Assembly: GCF_009914755.1 (NCBI RefSeq)
Contig: NC_060932.1
Origin: the human T2T-CHM13v2.0 reference genome, Homo sapiens
Reading direction: 5' to 3' (one strand)
Length of the DNA stretch: 64,000 nucleotides
The notes below the pieces were generated by a model. The model worked only from the letters and a program-made list of their open reading frames with translations, made no database searches and was not told the origin of the DNA. The translations under genes and the position numbers were made by a program. Position 1 is the stretch's first letter, and every line of letters starts with the position of its first letter. Positions 40,161-53,269 of this stretch are shown here, piece by piece.

Positions 40161-40829
40161 ATCTGCTTCTCAGAGCACCCAAACTGACAGGGTGTATCCA
40201 GTATATTTGATTCTGAAGCTAGAGAGACCCAGCTGGCCATACACATTGGGGAATCATTGACAGATGGCAGCTGAGATCTGAGAGCGGTTGACCTCACTTC
40301 ACAAGGTTGAGTGGAATTAGGAGGGACAAACTTCTGTGACAGGAGCCTGAGGAGCACCAAACAGTAAGTGGAGGAAGAAGAACTCCACGTGGAAATTGAT
40401 GTGTGGGTGGAGAGGTCAAAAGAAAACTTGGAGGCTCAGCATTATGTAAGCCAATGGGAAAGCGTATTTTAAGAACTGTCTATTGGATTCAGCAGGAAGG
40501 AGATCACATATGCATTTGGCAAGAGCAGATTTATTGGCATAGTGACCGGGGAAGCTAAGTTTCAAGGAGTTGAGGGAGTAAATTGGAGGATAAAATGGAG
40601 ACGATAAGTGAGGAAAATGATTTCCGTTTGGTTGTGAATGGAAGAAGAAAGAGATCCAGGGAAGTAGTTGAAGGATGACTTTGGTTGAGGAAGAGGGAGG
40701 GAGTGTGTGTATGTGCGTGTAAGATGGGAAATCTGAACATGTCATATCACCATGTCCATTTGCCTAAGTTATTTGAATATCCTATTTAATAGTGTTTTGC
40801 TCTGATTCTTTCCCCTTATTTAATTTTAT

Positions 40830-41400
40830 TTCAGACAAATCTTCCTGAAGCACAGGCAGCCTCTCTCTCTGCAAATCCCTCGGATGCTTCCCTTTTTTAA
40901 TAGAACCAACTCTAAGCTTCTTAGCATGGCATTTGAGACCCTCCTTCTTCGCTTTCAAATGAGCTTACTCTTTTTCATTAATCATGAAACCTCTCTTTGC
41001 ATCAAATCAGCTGCCTCCCAAGCTTTTCACAGGCCTCGAATGTTTCCTGCCTCAGCTGTGCAATCTACCTGAAATCCCATTTTCTGACTGCTGCCTTTTT
41101 CAGGAGTTGCATCTCAAATAAATCTGAAATGACACCTGTCCTCAATGACCCCATCTGGAAGCATCCTTCTCTCCACTCTGTTCCCCCTCATACACTGAGT
41201 CTCTATTACAAGTACAAATGACCATTCTTTATTCTGCATTTGTTCTGTAGATGTCTTACCTCTCTTATTAGATTCTAAGCTCTGGGGAAAAGAACAATTT
41301 CTTAAGCTTTGAATGATCCACCACACTCTGTATTGTGTCTCATCTATAGCAAGTGTTTAATAAGTGTTCATTGAATGGAATTGAATTAAAACTAAAAGTC
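40830..41400 (+). mobile_element. L2 3' end; further antisense L2 pieces at about 38540-39200, 40300-40700 and 57930-58240
   Basis: tagattctaagctc...gtttaataagtgttcattgaatggaattgaatt tail. Confidence 0.65.
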
Positions 41401-44400
41401 AATAAATATTTAGTGAATCTGCTTACGATCTAAAAGGCATTAGGTTAGGCTTGGATGAATAAACATATGTGAAATGGTCCTAAGATGTACTGAGGACAAA
41501 AGAAAAAAAGAAAAATACCAATAATAGGCATTATAAAGCAAGTGATTTCTTTTCATTATGAATTTATTTCCAATGGGTCCAAGCCCTAAATATTAAAGCA
41601 TTCAAAGACCGACTTAATAATATTACAGAAACAGACAAAGCAATCACTGGGAAAAATTATATTAAAGCATCATAATTTTACATAGCACCATAACTAGTGA
41701 ATTTAATTTTTCATTTTTTTAATCTGTAACAATATATTTTTAGGTCTACTTAACAAATGTTTAAGGATTGTTTTAAAGGTCTAATCTGGGAAAAGATATA
41801 TTTGAAGAATCCCTGAAATCTGCTATTTTTTGGAACAAGTCTATACATATATTAAAATAAGGAATTCATTGCAGGACTCAGTTTTTTTTCTTTTGTCATG
41901 ACGATGTGCTTTTGAAAATTCATGTTTTCCTATTTGCTCCATTCATAAGTATGATTTATATCTCATTCACAGGAATGTTGGAATATTAAAGGGCTTAAAA
42001 TGAAAGGCGTGCAATGTTGAAAAGCCCTTTTAGTCATTGCCTGTGTGGCCTCTGTCAACACTGTTAAGCATGTCTAGAATGTTTATGTGTGTGGCCTAGA
42101 CTCTCTGACTCTGTTGTGATGTTTCTGTAGAAAGCAAAGCATCACCAAAATGTCATAACCCACAACAAGAACTAAAGAATGCAAAGCATGTTCTGGGTAT
42201 TATCCATCGAAGAGTTAATTCTCAAATGGATCATCACATTTGCACTTAGCACAAAACAAGTGGGTACAAAATGCTTGGGAGAAATGCTGTAGCTTTTTCT
42301 GGTTGCTTCATGGATGCCGCTCCTGTGCTAATGAGGTCTGAAAGCAGTGGTCTGATATTTTAGATTATCAAAAATATAAACCCTTTCAGGGTCACACTAA
42401 GCTGATGCTTAATCTGTTGGAAATAGGTCCAGGAAAACATCAGATTGTTTCATGAAAAATTGGAAAACAACTTAAATATTGAAATAGTTAAAATTAAGGA
42501 TTCTACAAAAGGAACTCTTACTCTTAGAGTAAGTAAAAATAAAATACACTTCCTCTTCACACGAATGCAAATCCACTCTGTAGAAATGCTATAAAGACTA
42601 AGAGTTGATGCTTATTTAAAAAGAAGTGATAGCATTTTCAATAAAGGATAGTCCGAACCATGGAAATAAAGGAGAGTATATCTTTTTGTAGGGTGCGGAA
42701 GTAGCTCATAGATATTCTAATCCTATGACTTGTCTCTGACACTCAGAATAGCAGCTTCTTGGTCAGCCACATTGCATTTATATGGGTATAAAAATGTGTT
42801 GTCTTCTTATTCCAAGTTTCCAAACAGTGGACTGAATCACACATTGAAATGTTTCCCCTCTCACCAAACATACTGAAGAAATCTTAATAGGTTCCCAATG
42901 AAGAAGTCAAAGAGAAGGTTTTTGTGGTAAGAGAACAAGGTAGTTATTTTAAAGAATTACAAAATAGGGCACAAAAAGTTCTCAGTGATTTTTGGATGCG
43001 AAATTCTGTTCCACCCATTCTGTCACATAAAAATATCTTTACCACAGTATTATAATACACTGAGGAGGAGAAAATCATGCATATCCTTTTAGAACACATT
43101 CATGTGCTCTTAGGATATAATTTTCCACTTTTCTTGAAGTCAAATAAGGGAAAACAGACTATTGCTAACTTCTTTATTTTTTAGTGTTGGCCAGATACTG
43201 AGCTTGACAAGAACTGGGGTTATCAATATAGTCTTTCTTTATTATTCTGAACTGGATCTTACATATTAAAATGAAACTTTTCCTGATAATGTCTTTCCTT
43301 TTCCCTTTAAAGCCCAGGACACTTTTCCCCCCTGATTTTTACATGTCTTATTTCTACATAAGCAAATGTCTATTAAAATTTGTTTTTTGGGATCCATATT
43401 CTGAAATGGTATTCACAGGATCATCTTATCCTGATATTTTTAATTTCACAAGTCGTCTTTGCATTTACCTTTAAAATGAAATCAAAATGATGACCATTGT
43501 TGAGATATAATAGTACGAGAAGTTTGGTACTTTATAAACTGAAGACAGAAGGCAGAAAACAGCCTAGATTACAGATTTTTCTTTAAATGAATGCATAAGA
43601 GAAATCGAAAGTACTTTATAAACCAAAGACAAAGTTTACTTTTTGGTTCTCATATTTTGTTTTAGTAATGGGATAAACATGGAATGTCATTGCCAACAGT
43701 GCAAAAGATTTTTTCTTGTTTCACTGGAATTAAAAAAAGAGAGAAAGATTTCTCCAAGTTACAAAGCTCTCTTCTAAAATCTAGAATTCCTTATGGACAG
43801 CCTTTTATTTTTGGATGATAAAAACATGGAGGAGAAAGTGGGGATGTCAAGCATGAATTATTAATATTAAACACATTTTTAAAAAATCTGTGGGAGTTTT
43901 AGAAGAATGTGGTAAAAGAAATGTCCTAGAAATTCAGCTTCATGAGAAATTGAATATACGTGTTGAAATTTTTCTGAAAGGTCAGTTTTTAAATGATATA
44001 AAGGAGGAATGACTGGAAAATTTTGTTTATGGACTGTTTCTTATTTTGAGAACAACTGTGTTGTTTCTGTCTCTGGAGTTCTACTGTGAAATGTCGCTCA
44101 CCCTTCTCAGCTTTAGCAACTTAAAAGCTCTTTTTGTAGTCAATTCCAAGAATTTCTGATCAGGTTCCAGAAAGACTTACAGCTCTTTCACGAAATGAAA
44201 TTGTATGGACCAGTAAGAATCCACAAAATTAACAGCATTTGAAAAGTTATCCAATGTTAACTAATAACCAGTCATCACCTAACTCTGAAAATAAAACTTT
44301 TTTTTTCTTTAAGAGAAACAAGAAATGAAGATGCCGGGATAATAAACTGTTATGATTTATCAACCCACTACACTGCTGCATTCCTAGCTTTGAACTGTGG

Positions 44401-45748
44401 TCCTTCCTTTCTTCATTCCTTTCTTTCTTCCTCCTTTCTTTTCTTTCTTTCTCTTTCCTTTAAAAATTTCATTACCAGTGGACTAGTTTTTTTCTTAAAA
44501 GCATTCCAATATGGAAGATGTAAAACAGTGATTAGCTTGGAATGAAGTCCAGGTACAGGCCCAGAGTCCAGGCTTCCATCTCCCCTTCTGCATCCCTACA
44601 AACAACTGCCAGTTGAAAAAATCTCTCAAAGTTCCAGCCCTCAGAGCCGTACAATTTAGTTGAAGAAGTAAAACTAACTCATATGAAGCAATTAAATTTA
44701 ACCAACATACGAAGCGCTACATTAGATTATGCAGGCCATGCCATTTGTAGAATGCTGCATTGCTGCCTCTTGCCTGTATTTGTATTTTACCTCATTCTCT
44801 GTGATAAATTTGTTTAACGTCTTGCCTTCTATTGGGACAAGAAATATGTTTTTAAAAATTTAAGGGGGCAAATTCATAGTAGCTTTTGAAATATTAGAGA
44901 ACTAAGATAAGGTAGAAATAAGACCATCCTGGAGATCAAAGAGACAAACCATTAATTTCACTGGGCAGATAAATAATCAACTGAACATTCTAGCCAAAGA
45001 GAAATCTCTGCAGCCTGGAGTTCCCAGGGATAAACTGGGATGAAAGATATTTTATATTTTGAAAGTTATTTGATGCACATTAATTTATCTTTTGCTTTAT
45101 TTCTAAGAATGTTCGATTCCACAGGACTTGTTCAACAAAAGAAAATACATTTCACTTACATGATTACTTAAATCATTCTTAGATTTCTGGGCACTGATAG
45201 AAGACATCTATCAATTCATTAGGACTTTTTAATCTACTATGAGCATAAATATTTATATGTTTTTAGAGAGCCAAAGAATAAAAATTATTTCTGTTTTGTG
45301 TTATTTCACTTTATAAGAATTTACTCTTTCTAATATGCACATATGTGCCATCACTGGCTTTGACCACATGTCTAGAAAAACAGATATAGAAGTAGAAATT
45401 TCATGAAGCTAATAGAAACAGTTCTTCATATACCTTTATGTTGAGTTTGATTGTATTCCATTAATATGATAAATAATCCATTTCTTCAGTAATTTGTTCT
45501 TAGGTTGATCATGAAATTATTTAGGGGAGCTGCATAGTACCCCTAGGTACTATGCATAGGCATCGGTACTATAGATACAGATAGTTATTTTTCTCCATTC
45601 TTTACTTGCAAGAAAAAATAATGAAGGCACTTCTTCCCCTTCTCCTGCCAAGACAGCAAACATAAACTTAAAAAATTTTAGTACTAACTTGAAACTAATT
45701 GGCAGCATTTTGGAGTTTGGTATCCTAGTACAGCTTAAAAAATATCCC

Positions 45749-46029
45749 AGCCGGGCGCATTGACTCATGCCTGTAATCCCAGCACTTTGGGAGGCCAAGG
45801 CAGGCGGATCACAAGGTCAGGAGTTTGAGACCAGCCTGGCCAATACGGTGAAACCCTGTCTCTGCTAAAAATACAAAATTTAGCCCAGTGTGTGGTGGCG
45901 GGCGCCTGCAGTCCCAGCTACTCAGGAGGCTGAGGCAGAGAATTGCTTGAACTGGGGAGGCAGAGGTTGCAGTGAGCCAGGATTGCACCACTGCATTCCA
46001 GCCTGGGTGACAGAGCAAGACTCTGTCTC

Positions 46030-46060
<31 letters not shown>

Positions 46061-46072
46061 CAAACAAATAAA
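45749..46072 (+). mobile_element. AluS (Sg-like)
   Basis: ggatcacaaggtcaggagtttgagaccagcctggcc; (TAAA)n tail; flanking atcccag repeats. Confidence 0.95.
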
Positions 46073-46964
46073 ATCCCAGATTTCTAGATTGACCAGTCCT
46101 GTGAGAATACTTAACTCAGTGATGTCAACTAGCTATCTCACTGCAGCATTGAAAACATTCTACCTTCAAGGAGGAACCTTATATCAACACAAAGCTTTCT
46201 TCTGTTCTAAACAGATTACCATTGTACAGAAACAAATGAAATATTTTTGAATCCTATAAAACAGCAAATGGCTAACCCCCCCCCAAAGAAAACTGCTAAA
46301 GTAATCTTATCCAAAGTAATCAAACCAAAGCACTTGCAATATCCCAGAGATGCCATATTCTTTTCTTAGTACTTTGTAATTCTTTTCATTCTCTCATACT
46401 CTTTTATACTTTACCATATTTATAATTCTTTTCCCTCTACTCTTCTACTTCTTTGTCAGGATGTCTACTACTCACTTTTAAAGATAGTGGCAAGGCAAAA
46501 ACACTCCTAGGGAGACTTCTCTTGCTCCAACCCCATCATCTGCATTTCAGTTTAATGAATCTCTATATTTTCATAAAACTTTGATTTACTTCCATGTAAA
46601 CCCTTACCAATTTGCTCTGCAATTCTATGTATATTTGTCTGTATTCCTAACATGACATGAGGTTCTAGATGGCAGAACCATACTTTCTTCTGTGTATAAT
46701 CAGTATTTAATACAGTGGCTGCAGTATTACACAGTATCTACAAATGGAATTCCAAACAAGTCATTAAATGAGACAGTGAGTATCACATACTTTTTAAGGA
46801 TAATGAAAATAGAATAAGCATGATTTTTTGTTGAATAACATTATTCAAGCATACAGAGTAAACCTGTTAGAAACATGCAGGAGATTGCCAGAAATATAAA
46901 TGTAAGGGAGGCTTTGAAATGTCACTGTTAGTCTTTGAAAGACTGATGACAACGAAGATGTTAT

Positions 46965-47180
46965 AAATAATATCTGACATTAATTGCCCAACACAGTGCT
47001 AAGCTCTTTCCATGATTATCTTATTTAAGCCTTAAAACAACCTGGGAGGAGATGTGATTATTAACCTCATTTTCCAAATGAGAGATCTGAGATTTAGCGA
47101 GGTTAAATAAGGTGCCCAAACAGCTAATAAATGGTGGAGCTGGAATTCAAGCATCTGCAAAATGACTCCATAACTAGCAC
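46965..47180 (-). mobile_element. MIR
   Basis: ctcattttccaaatgagagatctgagatttagcgaggttaaataaggtgcccaaa. Confidence 0.75.
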
Positions 47181-47787
47181 ATAATTCAAACCTTCTAAAT
47201 CCAAGGGAATGGGTCATTTTTATAAACTGGTTTTGTTCTTCTGACTTCTTGTTTCAGATTGAAAAATTATACATTTTAGAAATATATTTTACCTAAGTTT
47301 TCAAAATTACTATCATGAAATTATTCACAATCTCCATTTAGATCCTTTAAAGGTCTATAGCATTTCTGGTCATATTTTCTTTGCCCTTCTGATATTTGTT
47401 AATTGTGCTTTCTCTTGTTCAATTGTCTCACCACGGATTTGTCATTTTAGTTTGTCTTTTGAAGGAAACCACTGTTGGCTTTGTTCATTCTCTTCGTTCT
47501 TTACTCCATGAATGTCTTTTCTACCCTGTATTATTTTCTTCCATGTATATTCTTTGAGTATATTTTACTATTCTTTATTAGCTTCTTAGGGTGGATGCAT
47601 ACCTTACTGAGTTTGAGTCTTTCATGTTTTCTAATATGTGCATTTAAGGCTGGCCTTTTTTCTCCCTGACTGCTTTAGTTGTTCCTACAAATTTTAATCT
47701 GTCATTGTTAAATACCATTTTGTTAAAAATATGTTTTCTTTTCATTGTGATTTCTTAATAGATGATATGTTATTAAAAAGTATTTCT

Positions 47788-48110
47788 GGCCAGATGTGAT
47801 GGCTCAGGCCTATAATCCCAGCATTTTGGAAGGCCATGGCGGATGGACTGCATTAGCCCAGGAGTTTGAGACCAGCCTGGGCAACATGGTGACACCCCAC
47901 CTCTACAAAAAAATACAAAGAATCAGCTGGGTGTGGTGGCACATGCCTGTAGCGCCAGCTACCTGGGAGGCTGAGTTGGGAGGAATGCTTGAGTCAAGGA
48001 GGATCTCTCGAGCCCAGGAGGATGAGGCTGTAGTGAGCCAAGATAACCACTGTACTCTGGCCTGGGTAATAGAGTGAGAGCCTGTCTCAAAAAAAATAAT
48101 AAAATAAATG
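47788..48110 (+). mobile_element. AluJ, within degraded antisense L1M (about 47250-49750)
   Basis: ggccagatgtgatggctcaggcctataatcccagc...; short diverged duplication of the ggaggatcgcttgagccca segment in the right arm. Confidence 0.93.
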
Positions 48111-49094
48111 TTGACAAGTTTTAAAATATTTTTTCTAATTATGTAGTTCATAATTCTTGGCTTAATTGCTTTATAATTTGAGGGTATGCTCTATTGTTTT
48201 CATTCTTTTAACATTTGTTGTAGTTTTTTTTGAGACAAAGTATGTAATTTTTTAGCAATATTATGATTTGCTTAGAAAGAAAGTTAATTAGCATAAGGAC
48301 CTACGTTCATCAGATCTAGGTTGCTGATCACATTGTTCAAATCTTCCCAGCTGATGCTAAGCCTTTTTTAAAAAAGGGTACTGAGAGATATATTAAAATT
48401 CCCCAGTTTGATTATAGGTTTGCCTATTCCCCCAAGTAGTTCCATCATTTTTTCCGTGATATACTTGGAAACTGTGTTACCAAAGCCATAAAATATAAAA
48501 TAATTTTTACTTGTATATATAAGTCTTATGAAGTGACTTTTTTCTTTAGCAATGATTTCACCTTAATGCTTTCTCAGTTTAATACTAATATTGCTCTACT
48601 AATACCCTTCCAATTTGTATTTACGTGGTATATTCTTCCAACATTTTTTTAGCCTCTGTATATGACTTTGAATAAGATGCATCTCTTATTAACAGAATAT
48701 GGTTAGACTTTTAAAGAATATTTAATCTTTGCATTCTTTTATATTTATTAACTGTACCATTTATATGTATTTTATAATAATCTTCAGTTAAATCTAACTG
48801 TTGTATTACATTTTACATATTTTTCCCCCTGAGGCCGTCATTCATTAAAGTTTCCCAGTAAACAAAATTAATGCAATTTTCAGAAGTAAAAAGTGTTTTG
48901 CTAGTTTAGACTTACATGATGATGAGTAAATATGGTTTCTTCTCTGCTCCTAGGCTGAAGGTATGAAAGTGAGTAACACAGAACTGATTAAATTCAATGT
49001 AATAATGCAATACAGCAATGTAACCATTTCACAGTTGCATAAAGGGATAGTTTTTCTGTTTTCAATTTCATTGGCTTCTGCTTTCTTATTATTT

Positions 49095-49424
49095 AATTTT
49101 ATTTTTATTTTTTTCTTTTTGAGACAAAGTCTCACTCTTTCACCCAGGGCTGGAGTGAATTGTTTCCTATAAGCAATCCTATAAGCAATCTTGGCTCACT
49201 GCAACCTCTGCCTTCTTGGGTTCAAGAGATTCTCCTGCCTCAGCCTCCCAAGTAGCTGGGATTACAGGTGCCCACCACCAGGCCTGGCTAATTTTTGTAT
49301 TTGTTGTAGAGATGGGTTTTCACCGTGTTGGCCCAGCTAGTCTTGACCCCCTGACCTCAAGTGATCTGCTCGCCTCGGCCTCCCAAAGTGCTAGGATTAC
49401 AGGTGTGAACCACCACGCCCAGCC
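49095..49424 (-). mobile_element. AluS with an internal non-Alu insertion
   Basis: Antisense Alu flanked by ctgcttt(c/t)..attattt repeats. Confidence 0.94.
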
Positions 49425-49768
49425 TGCTTTATTATTATTATTTCATTCATTCTGCTTCTTTTGGTTTTGTTATGCTCTTCATTTGCAAAGTTCTTGAGGT
49501 GGAAACTTTGCTTATTGATTTTGACTTTTTTCTAGTATATATATTTAGTGCTATCAATCTGTTAGCACTGCCCTATCTGCACCCTATACATTTTGAAATG
49601 TGTGTTCATTTCTTTCAGTACAATGTATTTTCTAATTTTTCTTGATACTTTATTTTTGATAATGCTCTTTTTTAGAATCTTTTTCTTGGTCTGCATTTTT
49701 TGGTATTTTAGGGTTGCCAGTTTCATCAGCATAAAGTCTGAGATATTTCAGGCACAAAGAAAACCCAG

Positions 49769-50073
49769 GGCCAGGTGTGGTGGCTCATGCCTGTAATCCC
49801 AACATTTTGGGAGCCCTAGGTGGAAGGATCACTTGAAGCCAGGAGTTCAAGACCAACCTGGGCAACAAAGTGAGACCATCCCTCTACAAAAAAAAAAAAA
49901 AAAAAAAAAAGAAGCCAGGACTGGTGCGTGAACCTATAATCTCAGCTACTTGGGCTGCTGAGGGATGATGATCACCTGAGCCTGGGAGCTCAAGGCTGCA
50001 GTGAGCGGCATTCATGCCACTGCACTCCAACCTGGATGACAAAACAATACACTGACACTGTCTCAAAAAAAAA
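49769..50073 (+). mobile_element. AluJ with an expanded middle A-tract
   Basis: ggccaggtgtggtggctcatgcc...; pure A run at 49888-49910. Confidence 0.93.
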
Positions 50074-50189
50074 TTACACAAAACTCATCAGCATGTCATT
50101 TCTTGAGTCCTAGGGCTGTTAGCTGGACTGCCTTCTTCTCTCTACCTTTCAGAGTTTTCTTACCTTTGGTTTATGTACAATGTGCATAG

Positions 50190-50223
<34 letters not shown>

Positions 50224-50489
50224 AGACAGAGTCTCTCGCTCTGTCACCCAGGCTGGTGTGCAGTGGTGCGATCTTGGCTCACTGCAAGCTCCATCTCCTG
50301 GGTTCACGCCATTCTCCTGCCTCAGCCTCCTGAGTAGCTGGGACTACAGGTGACCGCCACCAGGCCTGGCTAATTTTTTGTATTTTTAGTAGAGACGGGG
50401 TTTCACCGTGTAAACTAGGATGGTTTCGATCTGCTGACCTTGTGATCCACCTGCTTTGGCCTCCCAAAGTGCTGGGATTACAGGTGTGA
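50190..50489 (-). mobile_element. AluY/Sc-like, 5' ~16 bp missing
   Basis: ctgcaagctcc...gggttcacgccattctcc; ggatggtttcgatct. Confidence 0.94.
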
Positions 50490-50735
50490 AAGAACGAACA
50501 ACTCCAGACTTGCTGCCTTTAAGAGCTGTAACACTCACTGCGAAGGTCTGCAGCTTCACTCCTGAAGCCAGCGAGACCACGAACCCACCAGAAGGAAGAA
50601 ACTCCGGACAAGTCTGAACATTAGAAGGAATAAACTCCCGACACACCATCTTTAAGAACTGTAACACTCACCGTGAGGGTCCGCGGCTTCATTCTTGAAG
50701 TCAGCGAGACCAAGAACCTACCAATTCCGGACACA
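50490..50735 (+). mobile_element. LTR12 (ERV9) 3'-terminal U5 fragment
   Basis: ctgtaacactcactgcgaaggtctgcagcttcactcctgaagccagcgagaccacgaacccacc...ccaattccggacaca. Confidence 0.93.
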
Positions 50736-50793
50736 CTAGGAATACATATAACAAGAATTACATGAGACCTCTGTAATAGAAACAGTAAAATTT

Positions 50794-51217
<424 letters not shown>

Positions 51218-51909
51218 TTACTCTTCTAACGACATATGTATTTAGTTGAATCAAAAAAAAAAAAAAAATCCCGTGGTAGTTACTGTAAGATCATGACCAT
51301 ATGATTAAATTTTCATCTGAAAAAAATTTAATTGTAAAAATAGAATAATTTTGGAAAAACAAGGTGTGTGAGTATGGCAGTGGCCCCTGGAAAAGACTCT
51401 GTTCCCTCCCTTGGTGTCATAATATTCTATGACATTTCAAGGATCAAAAGAATATGATTGTGATGCTAACATCAATACAGGTCAATGGACACAAAGTTAC
51501 CAAAGTATGAAAAATACAATATGTAAGAAATTAGCACTTTGCATTGGTAGCAAGATTAATCGTTTAATCATGCTGGAATAATTAATGAACTTTTAGCCAA
51601 AAAATACAATCTGTTTTTACCGTGTATCACACAGCAAAATGAATTATACATGCAGAAAGATTTAAGTCTAACTTAAATTTAAATGTTCAAGATAAAATCA
51701 CAATAGCACTAGAAAACAATGAATATTGATACTATCTTGGAACTTGAGAAAACTTTCTAAGCATAAATCCAAAGGTAAAGACCTTGAAGAAAAACATTAA
51801 TAGATTTGATTACTTTAAAAGTTTGAAGAAATTATCATAACAAAATTGAAATACCATGAGTAAGCTAGAAAAAAATGGATTGCAATACAGTAATGGATAA
51901 TATATTACT

Positions 51910-52302
51910 CTATTAGTCTGTTAGAGCTAGACACATAACACTGCAGTCTATGTATCTTAAATAATAGAGAAAAAGAATAGAAATGTATTTTCTCACAGTT
52001 CTGGAGGCTGGATGTCCAAGATCATAGTGTCAATAGGGTTGGGTTCTTCTGAGGCCTGTCTTTTGCGCTTGCAGATGACCACTTTCTTGCTGTGTCCTCA
52101 CGTGGCCTTTTCTTTATGCACTCACATCCCTAATGTCTCTTCCTCTTCTTTAAAGGACATGAGTCCTATTGGATTAGGGACTCACCATTATGACCTCACT
52201 TAACCCTAATAAACTCTTTACAGGCTTTATCCCAAATACAGTCACATTAGGGGTTAAGGCTTCCATATAGGAATTTGGGGGGAACACATGTAATCCATAA
52301 CA
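51910..52302 (-). mobile_element. MLT1A-type MaLR LTR
   Basis: tttctcacagttctggaggctggatgtccaagatc...gaatttggggggaacacatgtaatccataaca. Confidence 0.88.
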
Positions 52303-52648
52303 GTTATATCTGTATAAATGATAAGATTCTTCCCATCAATAAAGAAAATGTGAACACCACAATAAGTGGACAAATGGAAAAATAAAAAAATTCACTGAGA
52401 GAAGTATAGATGCCCAATTAAATGAGGAAAGTGATTCAGCTCACCTGTAATCAAAGCATGGCTTACTCAACTGGAAGAGATATAACATGTTTTTGCTTAT
52501 CAGACAGGTAAAAATCAAAATTAAAATAATAATTAGTAAAATTAGAGAAAAAATTATTTCTTGCATTTCATGACTGACCTTAATTCTCTTTTATTAGCTC
52601 AGAGCTAAAACTCTATTTACATTTTGGGAAAAAAAAGTCTAAATGTTT

Positions 52649-53269
52649 TCTCTGAGGCATTTGAACCAGAGGGATTCCATCTTGAATAGGGGCTGGGTAA
52701 AATGAGACTGAGACCTACTGGGCTGCTTTCCCAAGAGGTTAGGCATTCCAAGTCACAGGGTAAGACAGGAGGTTGGCACAAGGTCACAAAGACCTTGCTG
52801 ATAAAACAGCATGTGATAAAGAAGCCAGCTAAGTCCCACCAAAACCAACATGGCAATGAAAGTGACCTCTGATCATCCTCACTGCTCATTATATGCTAAG
52901 TGTAGCATTAGCATGCTAAAACACACTCCCACCAGTGCTATGACAGTTTACAAATGCCATGACAACATCAGGAAGTTAACCTATATGGTTTAAAAATGGG
53001 AGAAACCTTCAGTTCTGGGAACTGCCCACCCCTTTTCCAGAAAACTCATGAATAATCCATCCCTTGTTTAGCATAAAATCAAGAAGTAACAATAAGTATA
53101 AGCAGCTGAGCAGCCCATGCTCTTGCTCTGCCTATGGAGTAACCATTCTTTATTCCTTTACTTTCTTAATAAACTTGCTTTCACTTTATGGATTCACCTC
53201 AAATTCTTTCTTGTGCAAGATCCAAGAACCCTCTCTTGGGGCCTGGATCAGGACCACTTTCTGGTAATA
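52649..53269 (+). mobile_element. MER41B solo LTR (ERV1)
   Basis: gaggcatttgaaccagagggattccatcttgaataggggctgggtaaaatgag...ttctggtaata; perfect 4-bp TSD gttt at 52645-52648 and 53270-53273. Confidence 0.92.
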
